Shown: positions 37,504 through 48,721, numbered from the stretch's first letter. The stretch is 64,000 nucleotides of DNA from Caulobacterales bacterium (GCA_017302105.1 JAFLCS010000005.1:73574-137573); one strand, 5' to 3'. Notes: generated by a model from the letters alone, not told the origin. Translations and numbers: made by a program.

Positions 37504-39933
37504 CTAGATCAGCCGTACGGCGATCCCGGACAGGGTGTCGCGTAGGGCGGTTGCGCGCCGGGTGGTGGCACGGTCGTCGCCGGTGGCGGCCAGTCCCTCA
37601 GCCAGGCCCCGCAGGCGCGCCGCCAGGGTCGCATCGGTCTGTCCGGCCTCGATCAGGGGCAGGGCCTGATCGAGCGCGGCGTTGAGCTGGGCCGAGGCCT
37701 CGGCGGTCAGGCCGCCCGAGCGGGTCAGCTGTTCGACATAGGCCCGCGCGATGGTCGGGTGGGCCGGCCAGGTCACCGGGTTCTGCTGCTGCGGATTGAA
37801 GGCGGCACCCTGATCGGCCAGGCGGGCGGCGGCCAGTTCGGTCTCGGACAGGAACTGCGACGGGGCCAGCTCCAGCACATCCAGGCCGCGCGCGATCTCG
37901 GTGCCATAGATCCGGCCGTCGTACCAATAGGCCGACCAGAAGCCGCCGAACTGGAACGAGGTGTCCGACATCGGGCCGCGATCGAAATAGGCGATCTCGG
38001 TCGGATTGTTCGGATCGGTGAAGTCGAGCACCGAAATGCCGCCCTGGTACCAGGCCTGGACGAAGATATCGCGGCCCGGCACCGGCACGATGGAGCCATT
38101 GTGGGCGACGCAGTTCTCGCGGGCCGACTGGGCGGCGGGCAGCTTGTAGGTGCCGCGGCGCTCAAGCTGATTGTCGACGATGTCGTAGAAGGCGTTGGCG
38201 CCCCAGTTGCGTGGGTCCGAGACCTGGCAGCGCGGCCGGCCGCCGCCGCCCCATTCGTCGGTGAACAGCACGGTCTCGCCCTCGTTGTCGAAGGTGGCCG
38301 AGTGCCAGTAGGCAAAGCCCGGATCGGTCACGGCGTCGATGCGGGTCGGCCGGCGCGGGTCGGTGATGTCGAAGATGATGCCGTTGCCCGAACAGGCGCC
38401 GGCGGCCAGGTTGCGCGACGGAAAGACGGTGATGTCGTGGCACTGGTTGGTCTGGCTGGTGCGCTGGGTGCCCTGGCCATGATCGCCGCCGGGCCACAGG
38501 CCCGCGACCACGCCGGTCGACTCATCGGCGAAGACGCGCGGGCTGTCGATGATGCGGGCCTGGGACGGATCGGCCACCGGGATTTCGATGACGTCGATGG
38601 AGAACAGGGCCGTGCGCTGATCCCCCGGCAGGCCGGTGACGCAGCCGGCCAGCTCGTCCTCGTCGCGGACCGAGGCGGTGCCGGAGTTATAGACGATGAT
38701 GGAACGGTCGTCGGCGGTCACGACCGAATGGGTGTGCGAGCCGCGGCAGGTCTGGACCTGGCCGACCTGGACCGGGGTGACTGGGTTGGAGATGTCGAAG
38801 ATGCGGATGCCGCGGAAGCGGTCGGCGCTGGCTTCAACGTCAATGCCCTGACGGCCGCAGTCGACCCGGCCGTTGGTGGATTCCACCGACATGATCAACA
38901 GGTCGCCGACCAGCGAGACATCGCCCTGGCCGCCGGGGCAGACCACCGACGAGATCAGCTGGGGCTGGTCGCCGCCGAGGCGATACAGGTTGAAGCCGTG
39001 ATAGCTGCCGACCGCCATCAGGTCGCCTTCGAAGGCCATGTCGGTGTTGGCGAAGGACAGGAACGGGCCGCGCTGGCTGAAGCGGGCCTCGGCGGCCCCG
39101 TCGCGCGTGCCCTCATCGCCGGTCGCGGGCAGCGGCAGGGGCGCACCGGACGGATTGGTCGGATCGTAGAAGCCTTCCGGCTTGGGCAGGCTGGCGACCA
39201 GGACCATGTTCGAGATCGCCTGTTCGGCGTCCAGGAAGCCGCCAGCCAGGGTCGAGCGCGGATCGGCGCGCAGGGTGCGCAAGGTCAGATCCATGCGCCG
39301 GATCTCGGCCTGCTGCTCGTTGTTCACATCGCCGACGAATTCGAACAGGGCCGGCTCATAGGCCGAGCCGGGCCGGTTCAGCAGATGCTCGACCATGGTC
39401 ACGGCGCCGGCGTGGTGGGCGATCATCAGCTCCAGGAACAGACGGTCGAACTCTGTGCCGGAGGCGGCGGCCAGGGCGGCCATCTGTTCGGGCGAGGCCA
39501 TGCCGGCCATGTTGGAATGGTCCATGGCCGGGCCGTGGCCGGCGTGTCCGGCATGGGCCGAACCGACCATCGGGACCTGCTGGCCGCGCTCGGTCAGCCA
39601 GGTGCGCATGAAGGCGATCTCATCGTCCTGCGAGGCGCGAATGCGACCGCCCATGGTGACGATTTCGGGATTGTTGGTGCGGCCCTCGATCAGGGCGGTC
39701 ATCTCCACCGCCTGCTGATGGTGGACCATCATGCCCTGCATGAAGGCGATGTCGTCGTCGGAATAGCGGTTGTCCGAAACGCGGGCGGCGGCACCGGCTT
39801 CGAGCACGCGGCTGGCCTGGCCGGGGGCGCCGGGCTGAACGATCGGGGGGGTGGTCTGGGCCTGAACGGCGCCGGCGGCGAGCAGGGCCGCAATCGAGCA
39901 ACCGACGAACAGACGAAGCGAACCAGACGACAT
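37504..39933 (-). CDS. Secreted DUF305 (four-helix, metal-associated) plus LVIVD-repeat beta-propeller fusion protein
   Basis: Signal peptide MSSGSLRLFVGCSIAALLAAGAVQA. Two DUF305-type HH motifs (FMQGMMVHHQQAVEMT, FLELMIAHHAGAVTMV) and a His/Met-rich linker (AHAGHAGHGPAMDHSNMAGM). LVIVD-like repeats follow (IRIFDISNPVTPV, GIIFDITDPRRPT, ISVLDFTDPNNPT, GLDVLEL). GGAGGG ribosome-binding site before the ATG at 39933. Confidence 0.8.
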   Translation of the reverse strand: MSSGSLRLFVGCSIAALLAAGAVQAQTTPPIVQPGAPGQASRVLEAGAAARVSDNRYSDDDIAFMQGMMVHHQQAVEMTALIEGRTNNPEIVTMGGRIRASQDDEIAFMRTWLTERGQQVPMVGSAHAGHAGHGPAMDHSNMAGMASPEQMAALAAASGTEFDRLFLELMIAHHAGAVTMVEHLLNRPGSAYEPALFEFVGDVNNEQQAEIRRMDLTLRTLRADPRSTLAGGFLDAEQAISNMVLVASLPKPEGFYDPTNPSGAPLPLPATGDEGTRDGAAEARFSQRGPFLSFANTDMAFEGDLMAVGSYHGFNLYRLGGDQPQLISSVVCPGGQGDVSLVGDLLIMSVESTNGRVDCGRQGIDVEASADRFRGIRIFDISNPVTPVQVGQVQTCRGSHTHSVVTADDRSIIVYNSGTASVRDEDELAGCVTGLPGDQRTALFSIDVIEIPVADPSQARIIDSPRVFADESTGVVAGLWPGGDHGQGTQRTSQTNQCHDITVFPSRNLAAGACSGNGIIFDITDPRRPTRIDAVTDPGFAYWHSATFDNEGETVLFTDEWGGGGRPRCQVSDPRNWGANAFYDIVDNQLERRGTYKLPAAQSARENCVAHNGSIVPVPGRDIFVQAWYQGGISVLDFTDPNNPTEIAYFDRGPMSDTSFQFGGFWSAYWYDGRIYGTEIARGLDVLELAPSQFLSETELAAARLADQGAAFNPQQQNPVTWPAHPTIARAYVEQLTRSGGLTAEASAQLNAALDQALPLIEAGQTDATLAARLRGLAEGLAATGDDRATTRRATALRDTLSGIAVRLI

Positions 39934-40036
39934 GAGCAACCCTCCAAGATACCGATGCGGGGCACGGCTTAGCATGGCCTCGGCCTGAGGCCAGATTAAA
40001 TGGTCTTAAGGTGGCGAAGGCGCGCTATGGACAGCC

Positions 40037-41071
40037 ATGGATGTCGCCACCTTCAGAACCGCGCTGCTGGATTGGTACGACGCGGGTGCGCGCGAGCTGC
40101 CGTGGCGGGTGCGCGGCGGGCGGGCCGACCCCTACGGCGTGTGGCTGTCGGAGGTGATGCTGCAGCAGACGACGGTGCCGCACGCGACGCCGTACTGGCT
40201 GGAATTCCTGCGGCGCTGGCCGACGGTCGACGATCTGGCGGTGGCGGACGACGGTGAGGTCATGAGCGCCTGGGCCGGGCTGGGCTACTATGCGCGGGCG
40301 CGCAATCTGCTGGCCTGTGCAAGGGTGGTGGCGGGCGATCACGGCGGGATATTCCCGGATACCGAAGAGGGCCTGCGCGCCTTGCCAGGGGTGGGGCCCT
40401 ATACGGCGGCGGCGGTGGCGGCGATTGCCTTCGACCGTTTGGCGCACGTGGTCGACGGCAATGTCGAGCGGGTGGTGGCGCGGCTGTTCCGCATTGCGAC
40501 GCCCCTGCCGAAGGCCAAGTCTGAGATGCGAGCGCGGGCGGCGGAGCTGACCGATCCGGCGAGGCCCGGCGACTGGGCCCAGGCGATGATGGATCTGGGC
40601 GCAATGATCTGCCGGCCCAGGGCACCGCTATGCGAGCGGTGCCCGGTAGCCCGGTGGTGCGCGGGCCGGGCAGCGGGCGATATGGAGGCCTATCCGGTCA
40701 AGACGATCAAGACGGCCCGGCCCCGGCGCTACGGCGCGGTCTATGTGCTGCGGCGCGGCGACGAGACGGCCCTGGTGCGCCGTTCGCCCAAGGGCCTGCT
40801 CGGCGGGATGCTGGGCCTGCCGACGACGGACTGGGCGGACGTGAGGCTGGATGGGCTGGATGCGGCGCCGGTGGAGGCCGACTGGAAACGCGTGGGTGAG
40901 ATTGAGCACGTCTTCACGCACTTCTCGCTGACGCTCGATGTGTGGATGGCTGAAGGCGAGGGGTTCGACGGCGCGATCTGGTCGCGCGATGCGAGCGGCC
41001 TGCCGAGCGTGTTTCTGAAGGCGGTGCGGTTGGCGCGGACTACTACATCCCCGTCCGCACCTCGGCCCTGA
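40037..41071 (+). CDS. mutY: A/G-specific adenine glycosylase MutY
   Basis: LPWR...DPYGVWLSEVMLQQTTV, GLGYYARARNL, the Fe-S cluster CRPRAPLCERCPVARWC, and a NUDIX-like C-terminus. Confidence 0.92.
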   Translation: MDVATFRTALLDWYDAGARELPWRVRGGRADPYGVWLSEVMLQQTTVPHATPYWLEFLRRWPTVDDLAVADDGEVMSAWAGLGYYARARNLLACARVVAGDHGGIFPDTEEGLRALPGVGPYTAAAVAAIAFDRLAHVVDGNVERVVARLFRIATPLPKAKSEMRARAAELTDPARPGDWAQAMMDLGAMICRPRAPLCERCPVARWCAGRAAGDMEAYPVKTIKTARPRRYGAVYVLRRGDETALVRRSPKGLLGGMLGLPTTDWADVRLDGLDAAPVEADWKRVGEIEHVFTHFSLTLDVWMAEGEGFDGAIWSRDASGLPSVFLKAVRLARTTTSPSAPRP

Positions 41072-41537
41072 TACGTCCGGACGGGCCGAGCGCCTGGATC
41101 AGGGCGTCTGGTTGGCGCACGCGGAACTCGTAGGCCTGGTCGTCGCTCCAGCGCACCGTCACCGTCTCGCCGATCAGCAACCGGCGGCCACGTTCGATGC
41201 GGGTGATCTCTTCGAGCCGGACGTCGATCCGCAGGCCGTAGAGATCTAGGAACACGAACAGGTTGAATGGAAAGGTCAGGTCGGTCCTGAGACGACGATC
41301 CGCGACCATGACGATCAAGCAGCGACGCGCGCCGCCGATCCGTGAGATGAAGTTTCGTAAGTTTCGGCCCGACGCTGTGGATTGGTAGAATTCGGCGCGA
41401 GCGGGTCTGCGAGGAAAGATTGGGTCGCCCGCCTGAATCCGACGAAGCACGCCGAAGGCGAGAAACCCGAAGACCCACAGGATGTTGAAGGCGAGGATGC
41501 AGGGAAACCAAGCATCGATCTGGGTTTCCGACGGCAA
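41043..41537 (-). CDS. Hypothetical membrane-anchored protein
   Basis: The only start outside ccrM is a TTG at 41537. One transmembrane helix (WFPCILAFNILWVFGFLAFGVL). The gene overlaps the mutY 3' end by 29 nt. Weak support. Confidence 0.35.
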   Translation of the reverse strand: MPSETQIDAWFPCILAFNILWVFGFLAFGVLRRIQAGDPIFPRRPARAEFYQSTASGRNLRNFISRIGGARRCLIVMVADRRLRTDLTFPFNLFVFLDLYGLRIDVRLEEITRIERGRRLLIGETVTVRWSDDQAYEFRVRQPDALIQALGPSGRIRAEVRTGM

Positions 41538-41541
41538 AATC

Positions 41542-42672
<1,131 letters not shown>

Positions 42673-42829
42673 TTAGCCTCGCGCGGCAACCTCGGTGGCC
42701 GTGCCCGGAGCGGCAGAATTATTGGACTGAACGAGAACCATTCCCGGTGATCAGGCGTTCTGGGGAATGTTCGGTGACCGACACAGGCCGGTCCCCGTCC
42801 AGCTTTAAACAACAGAGGTCGCTTTCGCC

Positions 42830-43279
42830 GTGCTTCAGTGTTCGCCGCTCAAGGTCCTGGTGGTGGAGGACCAGGCCCTTCTTGCCATGGAACTTGAGTA
42901 TGTGTTGCGAGAACTGGGCCATCAGGTGGTCGGGTGTGCCCAGGATTTCCGATCTGCCGAAATGCTGGCCGAAACGGCCGAGCCTGAAGTGGCGCTGGTT
43001 GATCTCAACCTCCGAGACGGACCGAGCGGCCCCAGGATCGCCGATGCGCTTCACGGGCGGTTCGGTGTGGCGGTCATCTTTCTGACCGCCAATCCGGAGC
43101 AGGTATCGAAAGGGCTCGACGGGGCTGTTGCTCTCATGCTCAAGCCGTTCGACCCAGAGACGCTGGCTGGTGCCGTTGCCTTCGCCGGGCGGTTTCGCCG
43201 GGAAGGCCGGTTGGACGATCCGCCGATCAAGTTGAGGATCGCCCCTCGATTGCGGGACATCGGCCAGCTACCGGGTTAG
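42830..43279 (+). CDS. Single-domain response regulator (receiver only)
   Basis: KVLVVEDQALLAMELE...VALVDLNLRDG...IFLTA...LKPF receiver motifs. GTG start. Confidence 0.75.
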   Translation: MLQCSPLKVLVVEDQALLAMELEYVLRELGHQVVGCAQDFRSAEMLAETAEPEVALVDLNLRDGPSGPRIADALHGRFGVAVIFLTANPEQVSKGLDGAVALMLKPFDPETLAGAVAFAGRFRREGRLDDPPIKLRIAPRLRDIGQLPG

Positions 43280-44004
43280 GCGTCCTTGCGGCTTGACCGA
43301 GCGCGAGCGAGATCCCGTCCAAGCCTCAGTACCAGCAGGATCAGGCCGGTCACCACGACGATCACACTGACCGCAGCCAGCAGGATCAGCCACCAGCTGT
43401 TGATGTTGTCGCCGCCTGGACCGAAATCCAGAATGTGTAGTCGCCACATGACGTCGAACAGGCTCCACATCTGCGACCGGCGGGAGACGACGGCTCCGGT
43501 CGCCGTATCCAGGTAGAAGCGCGTGCCCTCCGGGTCGTCGAACTCGACGCGCCACAGCGGGCCCTCACGGCCGGTTTCGACCGGGGCCTCAGCCAGCAGC
43601 TCGGCCGACTGGGCCTCGCCCGGACCCTGGTACTGTTCAGAGGCCAGGCGCTGCGCCTCGGCCGCGTCATAGGGAGTTAGCGGCCGGCCCGTCCGTGCCG
43701 AGAGGCGAACGGGTTCGCCCTCGACCGGGGATAGCGTCCAGACAGGGCCGCGGGGCGTCATGCTCAGCTCTGCCCGCGCGGGGAAGACACCCGCCTCGGT
43801 GGCCACTTCTGCCAGCGGTCGGGTCTGGCCCATGTCGAGCTGGACCGCTGGAATTTCGGATAGACGATGCTCGCCGCGCACCCGTTCAATCGGCAGCGCG
43901 ACCATGACCAGCCCACCGATGACCCAGAAGGCGATCTGGGCTGCCACGATCAGGCCGATCCATTTGTGCAGCCAGACGGAGACGCGATTCAGGCGAGCAC
44001 TCAT
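43276..44004 (-). CDS. PepSY-associated transmembrane protein
   Basis: N-terminal VSVWLHKWIGLIVAAQIAFWVIGG, a central soluble domain and a C-terminal transmembrane helix. Confidence 0.65.
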   Translation of the reverse strand: MSARLNRVSVWLHKWIGLIVAAQIAFWVIGGLVMVALPIERVRGEHRLSEIPAVQLDMGQTRPLAEVATEAGVFPARAELSMTPRGPVWTLSPVEGEPVRLSARTGRPLTPYDAAEAQRLASEQYQGPGEAQSAELLAEAPVETGREGPLWRVEFDDPEGTRFYLDTATGAVVSRRSQMWSLFDVMWRLHILDFGPGGDNINSWWLILLAAVSVIVVVTGLILLVLRLGRDLARARSSRKDA

Positions 44005-44007
44005 GGA

Positions 44008-44541
44008 CTATCCTAACGAGAGGCCCGGAGTGTCCGGCGGGCCGGCGGTCGGCGCAAGATCGAGCTGCATCAAGGTGACGTCCAGCCATCGTCCGAACTT
44101 CCAGCCTGCCCGGCGATAGATGCCCGCAGGTCGGAAGCCCAGGCCTTCATGCAGGATGACTGAGGCGTCGCTCTCGTCATTGGAGATGGCCGCAATCATC
44201 TGGCGCAGGCCGATGTCACGGCATTGGTCGATGATGGTCTGCATCAGGGCGCGCCCGAGGCCCTGACCCTGAAATCCTTCGCCCACATAGATCGACGTCT
44301 CCACCGCATAGCGATAGGCCGCGCGGGGCCGGAACGGCGAGGCATAGGCATAGGCCGCGACCTCGCCGTCGATCTCGGCTACCAGCCAGGGCAGGCCCAG
44401 TCGTTGGACGCCGGACAGATGCTCAACCAAGGTCTCGGTCGAGGGCGGGATGTCCTCAAAGGTCGCGGTCCCTTCGCGAACCTCACGGGCATAGATGGCG
44501 GCCACCGCCGCCATGTCGCCGGCGGTGGCGTCGCGGATCAT
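44008..44541 (-). CDS. GNAT N-acetyltransferase, phosphinothricin-acetyltransferase-like
   Basis: MIRDATAGDMAAVAAIYAREVREGTATFE..., QGQGLGRALM, GFRPAGIYRRAGWKFGRWLDV. Confidence 0.85.
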   Translation of the reverse strand: MIRDATAGDMAAVAAIYAREVREGTATFEDIPPSTETLVEHLSGVQRLGLPWLVAEIDGEVAAYAYASPFRPRAAYRYAVETSIYVGEGFQGQGLGRALMQTIIDQCRDIGLRQMIAAISNDESDASVILHEGLGFRPAGIYRRAGWKFGRWLDVTLMQLDLAPTAGPPDTPGLSLG

Positions 44542-46715
44542 CCGTCAGGGCGTTCCCAACCGCGTTGGGCGGCCCAGACGCAGAAGGCGTAGTCGTGGGC
44601 GATGTCCCGCAGATAGTCGAAGCGGCCCGACGACGCGAAGTGGCCCGCCGTCATGTTGATCTTGAGCAGGACCGGCTTGCCCGAGGTGGTGGCGGGGCGC
44701 AGCTTGGCGACCCACTTTTCCGGCTCCCAGTAGGTCACGCGCGGATCGGACAGGCCACCGGTGGCCAGGATAGCTGGATAGGCCTTTGCCTCGACCTGAT
44801 CGTAGGGGCTGTAGCTCATCATATAGTCGTAGGCCTCGGCATCCTCGATCGGGTTGCCCCACTCGGGCCATTCCGGCGGCGTCAGCGGCAGGGAGGTGTC
44901 ACTCATGGTGTTGATCACATCCACAAACGGCACATTGGCCAGGACACCGGCCCACAGGTCCGGGCGCATATTGGTGACCGCCCCCATCAGCAGCCCGCCG
45001 GCCGACCCCCCATGGGCGACGATATTGCCTGCTGTGGCATAGTTGTGAGCGATCAGGTGTTCCGCGCAGGCGACGAAGTCCTCGAAAGTCTTTTTCTTGG
45101 TGAAGCGCCGCGCCGCCAGGAACCAGCCCCAGCCCTTGTCGGACCCGCCGCGAATATGGGCGATGGCATAGATGAAGCCACGATCCACCAGTGACAGACG
45201 GTTGGCGTTGAAGCTGGCCGACATCGGAATTCCATACGAGCCGTATCCATAGAGCAGCAACGGAGCTGAACCGTCGACCGGCGTGTCGCGCCGCCGCAGA
45301 ATAGAGATCGGCACCATGGCCCCGTCTGCGTGTGGGGCCTCCATGCGCTCGACGACATAGTCTTCCGGGTTGTGGCCCGATGGGATTTCCTGGGTCTTGC
45401 GCAGGGTCCGGGTACGCGAGGCCATGTCGTAGTCCCAGGTCTCGGTCGGCCGAGCCATGGAGTTGTATGCGTACCGCATGACGTCGGTGGAAAAGTCGTA
45501 GGAACCTTGCCTGGACAGGGCATAAGCGGGCTCATCAACCGCGATGGCGTGCTCCTCGCCGGCGCGGCTGCGCACAACGATGCGAGTGTTGGCGTCGGCG
45601 CGTTCCTGGCGGACCAGCCAGTTCTCGAACAGACCGACCTGCTCGATGATCTTGCCGGCCGTGAATGGGATCAGGTCCGTCCAGCCAGACTTGGCGGGGT
45701 TGGACGTTGACGCCTCGCACACCTTGAAGTCGACTGCGCCGTCGGCGTTGGTGCGGATGATCCAGCGGTCGCCCCAATGGTCCAGGTCGTAGAGCACACC
45801 CTCTGAGCGGGGCTCGGCCAGTGTCGGCTCTGCGGTTGGGTTGGAGCCGTCAATATAACGGGTCTCGGAGGTTTCCTGGTTCTGGATGCCGATGACGACA
45901 AAGGCGTTGTCCGAGGTGCGGCCGACGCCCATGAACATTCCGTCGTCGGTTTCTTCATAGACCAGGGTACGCTCGCCGCCCGTGATGGGACGGCGGTAGA
46001 TCTTGTCGGGGCGTCCGTTGTCGTCACGGTTGGTCCAGAACAGCCACTGGCTGTCGGGCGAGACGGTGAAATCTCCGACTGTCTCGTCGATGGGGTCGCC
46101 GATCAGGTCACCGGTGGTCAGGTCCTTGACGTAGATCTTGTAAACCTCCGAGCCTTGGTCGTCCTCGGCATAGACAAAATACCGATGATTGGGGCTGGGG
46201 CTGGTTGAGCCGACCGAGGAATAGTCCTTACCCTCGGCCAGGGCATTGGCGTCCAACAGGATTTGTTCTTCGGTGGTCTGACCTTTGGGACGGCGGCAAT
46301 AGAAGGGATGCTGCGCCCCGGTTTCGTAGCGGACGTAATACTCCCAGTCGCCATAGGCGGCCGGGACCGAGCTGTCGTCTTCCTTGATGCGCCCGCGCAT
46401 CTCGTTGAACATCGCCTCTTGCAGGTCGGCGGTGGGAGCCAGCACGGCTTCGCGATAGGCGTTCTCGGCTTGCAGATGTTCGCGCACATCCGCCTTGATC
46501 AGCGAGGGATCGCGCAGGACGGCCTGCCAGTTGTCGTCCTTCATCCACTGATAGTCGTCGGTTCGCACCCGGCCGAGCTGTTCGATGGTCACCGGAATGC
46601 GGCGGGCGACGGGGGGCGTGGGCATGGCGGCTCCGGTCTGAGCGAAGGCGGGGCCCCCGGACACCGAAACGGCGGCGAGGGCGGCGGATGAGGCGAGCAT
46701 TTGGCGACGATTCAC
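44538..46715 (-). CDS. ptrB: Oligopeptidase B / prolyl oligopeptidase family S9A, exported
   Basis: Tat/Sec-like leader MNRRQMLASSAALAAVSVSGGPAFA. Catalytic GGSAGGLLMG. Beta-propeller N-domain. Confidence 0.88.
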   Translation of the reverse strand: MNRRQMLASSAALAAVSVSGGPAFAQTGAAMPTPPVARRIPVTIEQLGRVRTDDYQWMKDDNWQAVLRDPSLIKADVREHLQAENAYREAVLAPTADLQEAMFNEMRGRIKEDDSSVPAAYGDWEYYVRYETGAQHPFYCRRPKGQTTEEQILLDANALAEGKDYSSVGSTSPSPNHRYFVYAEDDQGSEVYKIYVKDLTTGDLIGDPIDETVGDFTVSPDSQWLFWTNRDDNGRPDKIYRRPITGGERTLVYEETDDGMFMGVGRTSDNAFVVIGIQNQETSETRYIDGSNPTAEPTLAEPRSEGVLYDLDHWGDRWIIRTNADGAVDFKVCEASTSNPAKSGWTDLIPFTAGKIIEQVGLFENWLVRQERADANTRIVVRSRAGEEHAIAVDEPAYALSRQGSYDFSTDVMRYAYNSMARPTETWDYDMASRTRTLRKTQEIPSGHNPEDYVVERMEAPHADGAMVPISILRRRDTPVDGSAPLLLYGYGSYGIPMSASFNANRLSLVDRGFIYAIAHIRGGSDKGWGWFLAARRFTKKKTFEDFVACAEHLIAHNYATAGNIVAHGGSAGGLLMGAVTNMRPDLWAGVLANVPFVDVINTMSDTSLPLTPPEWPEWGNPIEDAEAYDYMMSYSPYDQVEAKAYPAILATGGLSDPRVTYWEPEKWVAKLRPATTSGKPVLLKINMTAGHFASSGRFDYLRDIAHDYAFCVWAAQRGWERPDG

Positions 46716-46799
46716 AACGGACTCCCAAAATTTGATGCGGACGTTGCTCAGCTTGGAGCATCAGGTCAAATGAATGTTCGACAAGGCTAGGACGCGTGC

Positions 46800-47558
46800 A
46801 TGGAATGGGATCAGACGATCCAGATGATCGAGGCCACGGTTCAGGTGGAGAACACCCGGCCGGGAGGTGATCGACGCATTTCCGCGGGCCTTCTGGTGTC
46901 GGCACCCTATTGGGACGGTACGCCACGCACGGTCCTGGTGACGGCGGCTCACGCCGTCGACCCATCGGAGACGCCTGAGATCCGCATCGGCTGGCGTTTC
47001 TCCACAGATGACGGCGGCTGGAGCTTCGCCCCGCAGCCGGCTCCGCTGGAGATCGGTGGTCGTGACCTGTGGGCCCGCCATCCGGAACGCGACATTGCCG
47101 TGGTCGAGATCGTCGCGCCGCCCAACATCGCCGCCCGCGCGATCCCACTGGACTGGCTGGCCGATGAACGCGACCTGGAAGCTCAGGGCGTGGGGCCGGG
47201 CGTCCAGGTCTTCACCCTGGGCTATCCGCGGGGTCTGTCCTCGAACCGGGCCGGGTTCCCCATCCTGCGCACGGTCAGGATCGCGTCCTATCCCCTGAGT
47301 CCGATCCGGGCCTTTCCGACCTTCCTGATCGACGGCTTCCTCTATCCTGGGAATTCGGGCGGGCCGGTATTTCTGGCTGAAGGGGCTGACGGCCATCCGC
47401 TAGTGCTGGGCGTCGTTACCCAGCAGGTGGACCAGGGCGAGGAACCGCTTGGCCTGGGCGTCGTGGTTCACGCCACCTATGTTCGGGAAGCGTTGGCAAT
47501 TCTGGATGAGCGCGTCCAGCAAGACGCTCCCCCACGCCGTCGGCGCCGGGTAGGTTAG
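46800..47558 (+). CDS. Trypsin-like (S1/PA clan) serine protease without a signal peptide
   Basis: Catalytic triad contexts TAAHAV, DIAVVEI and PGNSGGPVF. No N-terminal hydrophobic leader. Confidence 0.7.
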   Translation: MEWDQTIQMIEATVQVENTRPGGDRRISAGLLVSAPYWDGTPRTVLVTAAHAVDPSETPEIRIGWRFSTDDGGWSFAPQPAPLEIGGRDLWARHPERDIAVVEIVAPPNIAARAIPLDWLADERDLEAQGVGPGVQVFTLGYPRGLSSNRAGFPILRTVRIASYPLSPIRAFPTFLIDGFLYPGNSGGPVFLAEGADGHPLVLGVVTQQVDQGEEPLGLGVVVHATYVREALAILDERVQQDAPPRRRRRVG

Positions 47559-48721
47559 TTTACGCCGGCGACGGAGAGGACGACCTGTGCCGCGGCGGTG
47601 CTGGGGTCGGGCTGGCCACGCCCCATCAGATCCAGCGCGGCGGTCTGGCGCGCGATCTGGTCGGCCCGCAGGGTGGCATCGTCGAGCCGTTCAGCTACAG
47701 CCCGGCTTAGGGCCTCCGGTGTGGCCTCGCTCTGGAGGAACTCTGGAGCGATCCGTTCGTCAGCGGCAATGTTGAACAAGGTGATATGGCGCGACGTCAT
47801 CAGCGGTCGGGTCAGGGCAAAGCTAAGGCCACCAAGCTTGTAGGCGATCACCATCGGCAGTCCGGCCAGGGCCAGTTCGGTGGAGACGGTTCCCGATGTC
47901 GCCAGCGCGACGGTGGCGGCCCGCATGGCGTCTTTCTTGGCGGCGTCTCCTTCGACCAGAATGGTCCGAAATGGCCATCCCGCTACGCGGCCCCGAAGAT
48001 CGTCAGCGATCGTTTCGGCGACGACCACCGCCACAGCAAGATCCGGCCGGTCGATCCTGAGCCGGCGGGCGGTCTGCTCGAACAGGGGCGTCATGCGCGC
48101 GATTTCGGCGGGGCGGCTTCCCGGCAATATCAACAGCAGCGGCTGGTCGGCACCCAGGCCGTGGTCGCGCCGGAAGCGGTCCCCGTCCGCCTGTGAAAAA
48201 TCAATGGCCAGGCTCGGGTTGCCGACAAAGGTGGTCGCCAGACCTTCCTTTTCGAACCACGGCGGGTCGAAACCGTGAAGCGTCATCAGGTGATCGACCG
48301 AAGCGGCCAGGGTCCTGGCCCGGCCCGGTCGCGACGCCCAGACCTGGGGACCGACGTATTTCACGATCTTCAGGCCGGGCAGGGCCGCGCGCAGGCCTTT
48401 GGCCACCCGGATGGTGAAGCCCCAGCTGTCGATCAGGACAGCCACATCCGGCTTCTCGTCAACAGCCAGCTCCACCGTCTCTCGGACCCGCTGCTTGACG
48501 CGACCATAGGCCCTGAGGCCCTCGATCCATCCGAGGATGGATAGGTCCGAAATGTCGAAGGGGCTGACGACACCCTGTTCGGCCATGCGCGGGCCGCCGA
48601 CGCCGACGAAGTGGACGTTGTCGGCTCCGACCTTGGCCTTGATCGCCTGGGCCAGGCCGGCCCCCAGATTGTCTCCCGAGGCCTCGGCGGCGACGAGCAT
48701 GACGGTGAGCGGCCGGCTCAT
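47555..48721 (-). CDS. lpxB: Lipid-A-disaccharide synthase
   Basis: VMLVAAEASGDNLGA..., typical LpxB length, located in the lpx cluster. Confidence 0.92.
   Translation of the reverse strand: MSRPLTVMLVAAEASGDNLGAGLAQAIKAKVGADNVHFVGVGGPRMAEQGVVSPFDISDLSILGWIEGLRAYGRVKQRVRETVELAVDEKPDVAVLIDSWGFTIRVAKGLRAALPGLKIVKYVGPQVWASRPGRARTLAASVDHLMTLHGFDPPWFEKEGLATTFVGNPSLAIDFSQADGDRFRRDHGLGADQPLLLILPGSRPAEIARMTPLFEQTARRLRIDRPDLAVAVVVAETIADDLRGRVAGWPFRTILVEGDAAKKDAMRAATVALATSGTVSTELALAGLPMVIAYKLGGLSFALTRPLMTSRHITLFNIAADERIAPEFLQSEATPEALSRAVAERLDDATLRADQIARQTAALDLMGRGQPDPSTAAAQVVLSVAGVN

Noticed and set aside
37759-39972. 737-aa ORF antisense to the DUF305-LVIVD gene
   Set aside because: Same high-GC antisense artefact (Gly/Arg/Ala/Asp-rich, no motifs). 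The minus-strand product has a signal peptide and recognisable repeats.
28000-40000. T6SS, PAAR, VgrG, two-partner secretion or mobile-element genes flanking the Rhs island
   Set aside because: I looked on both strands. The flanks are groESL, a redoxin, the DUF305-LVIVD protein and mutY. No such genes can be supported from the sequence. They could still exist elsewhere in the genome.
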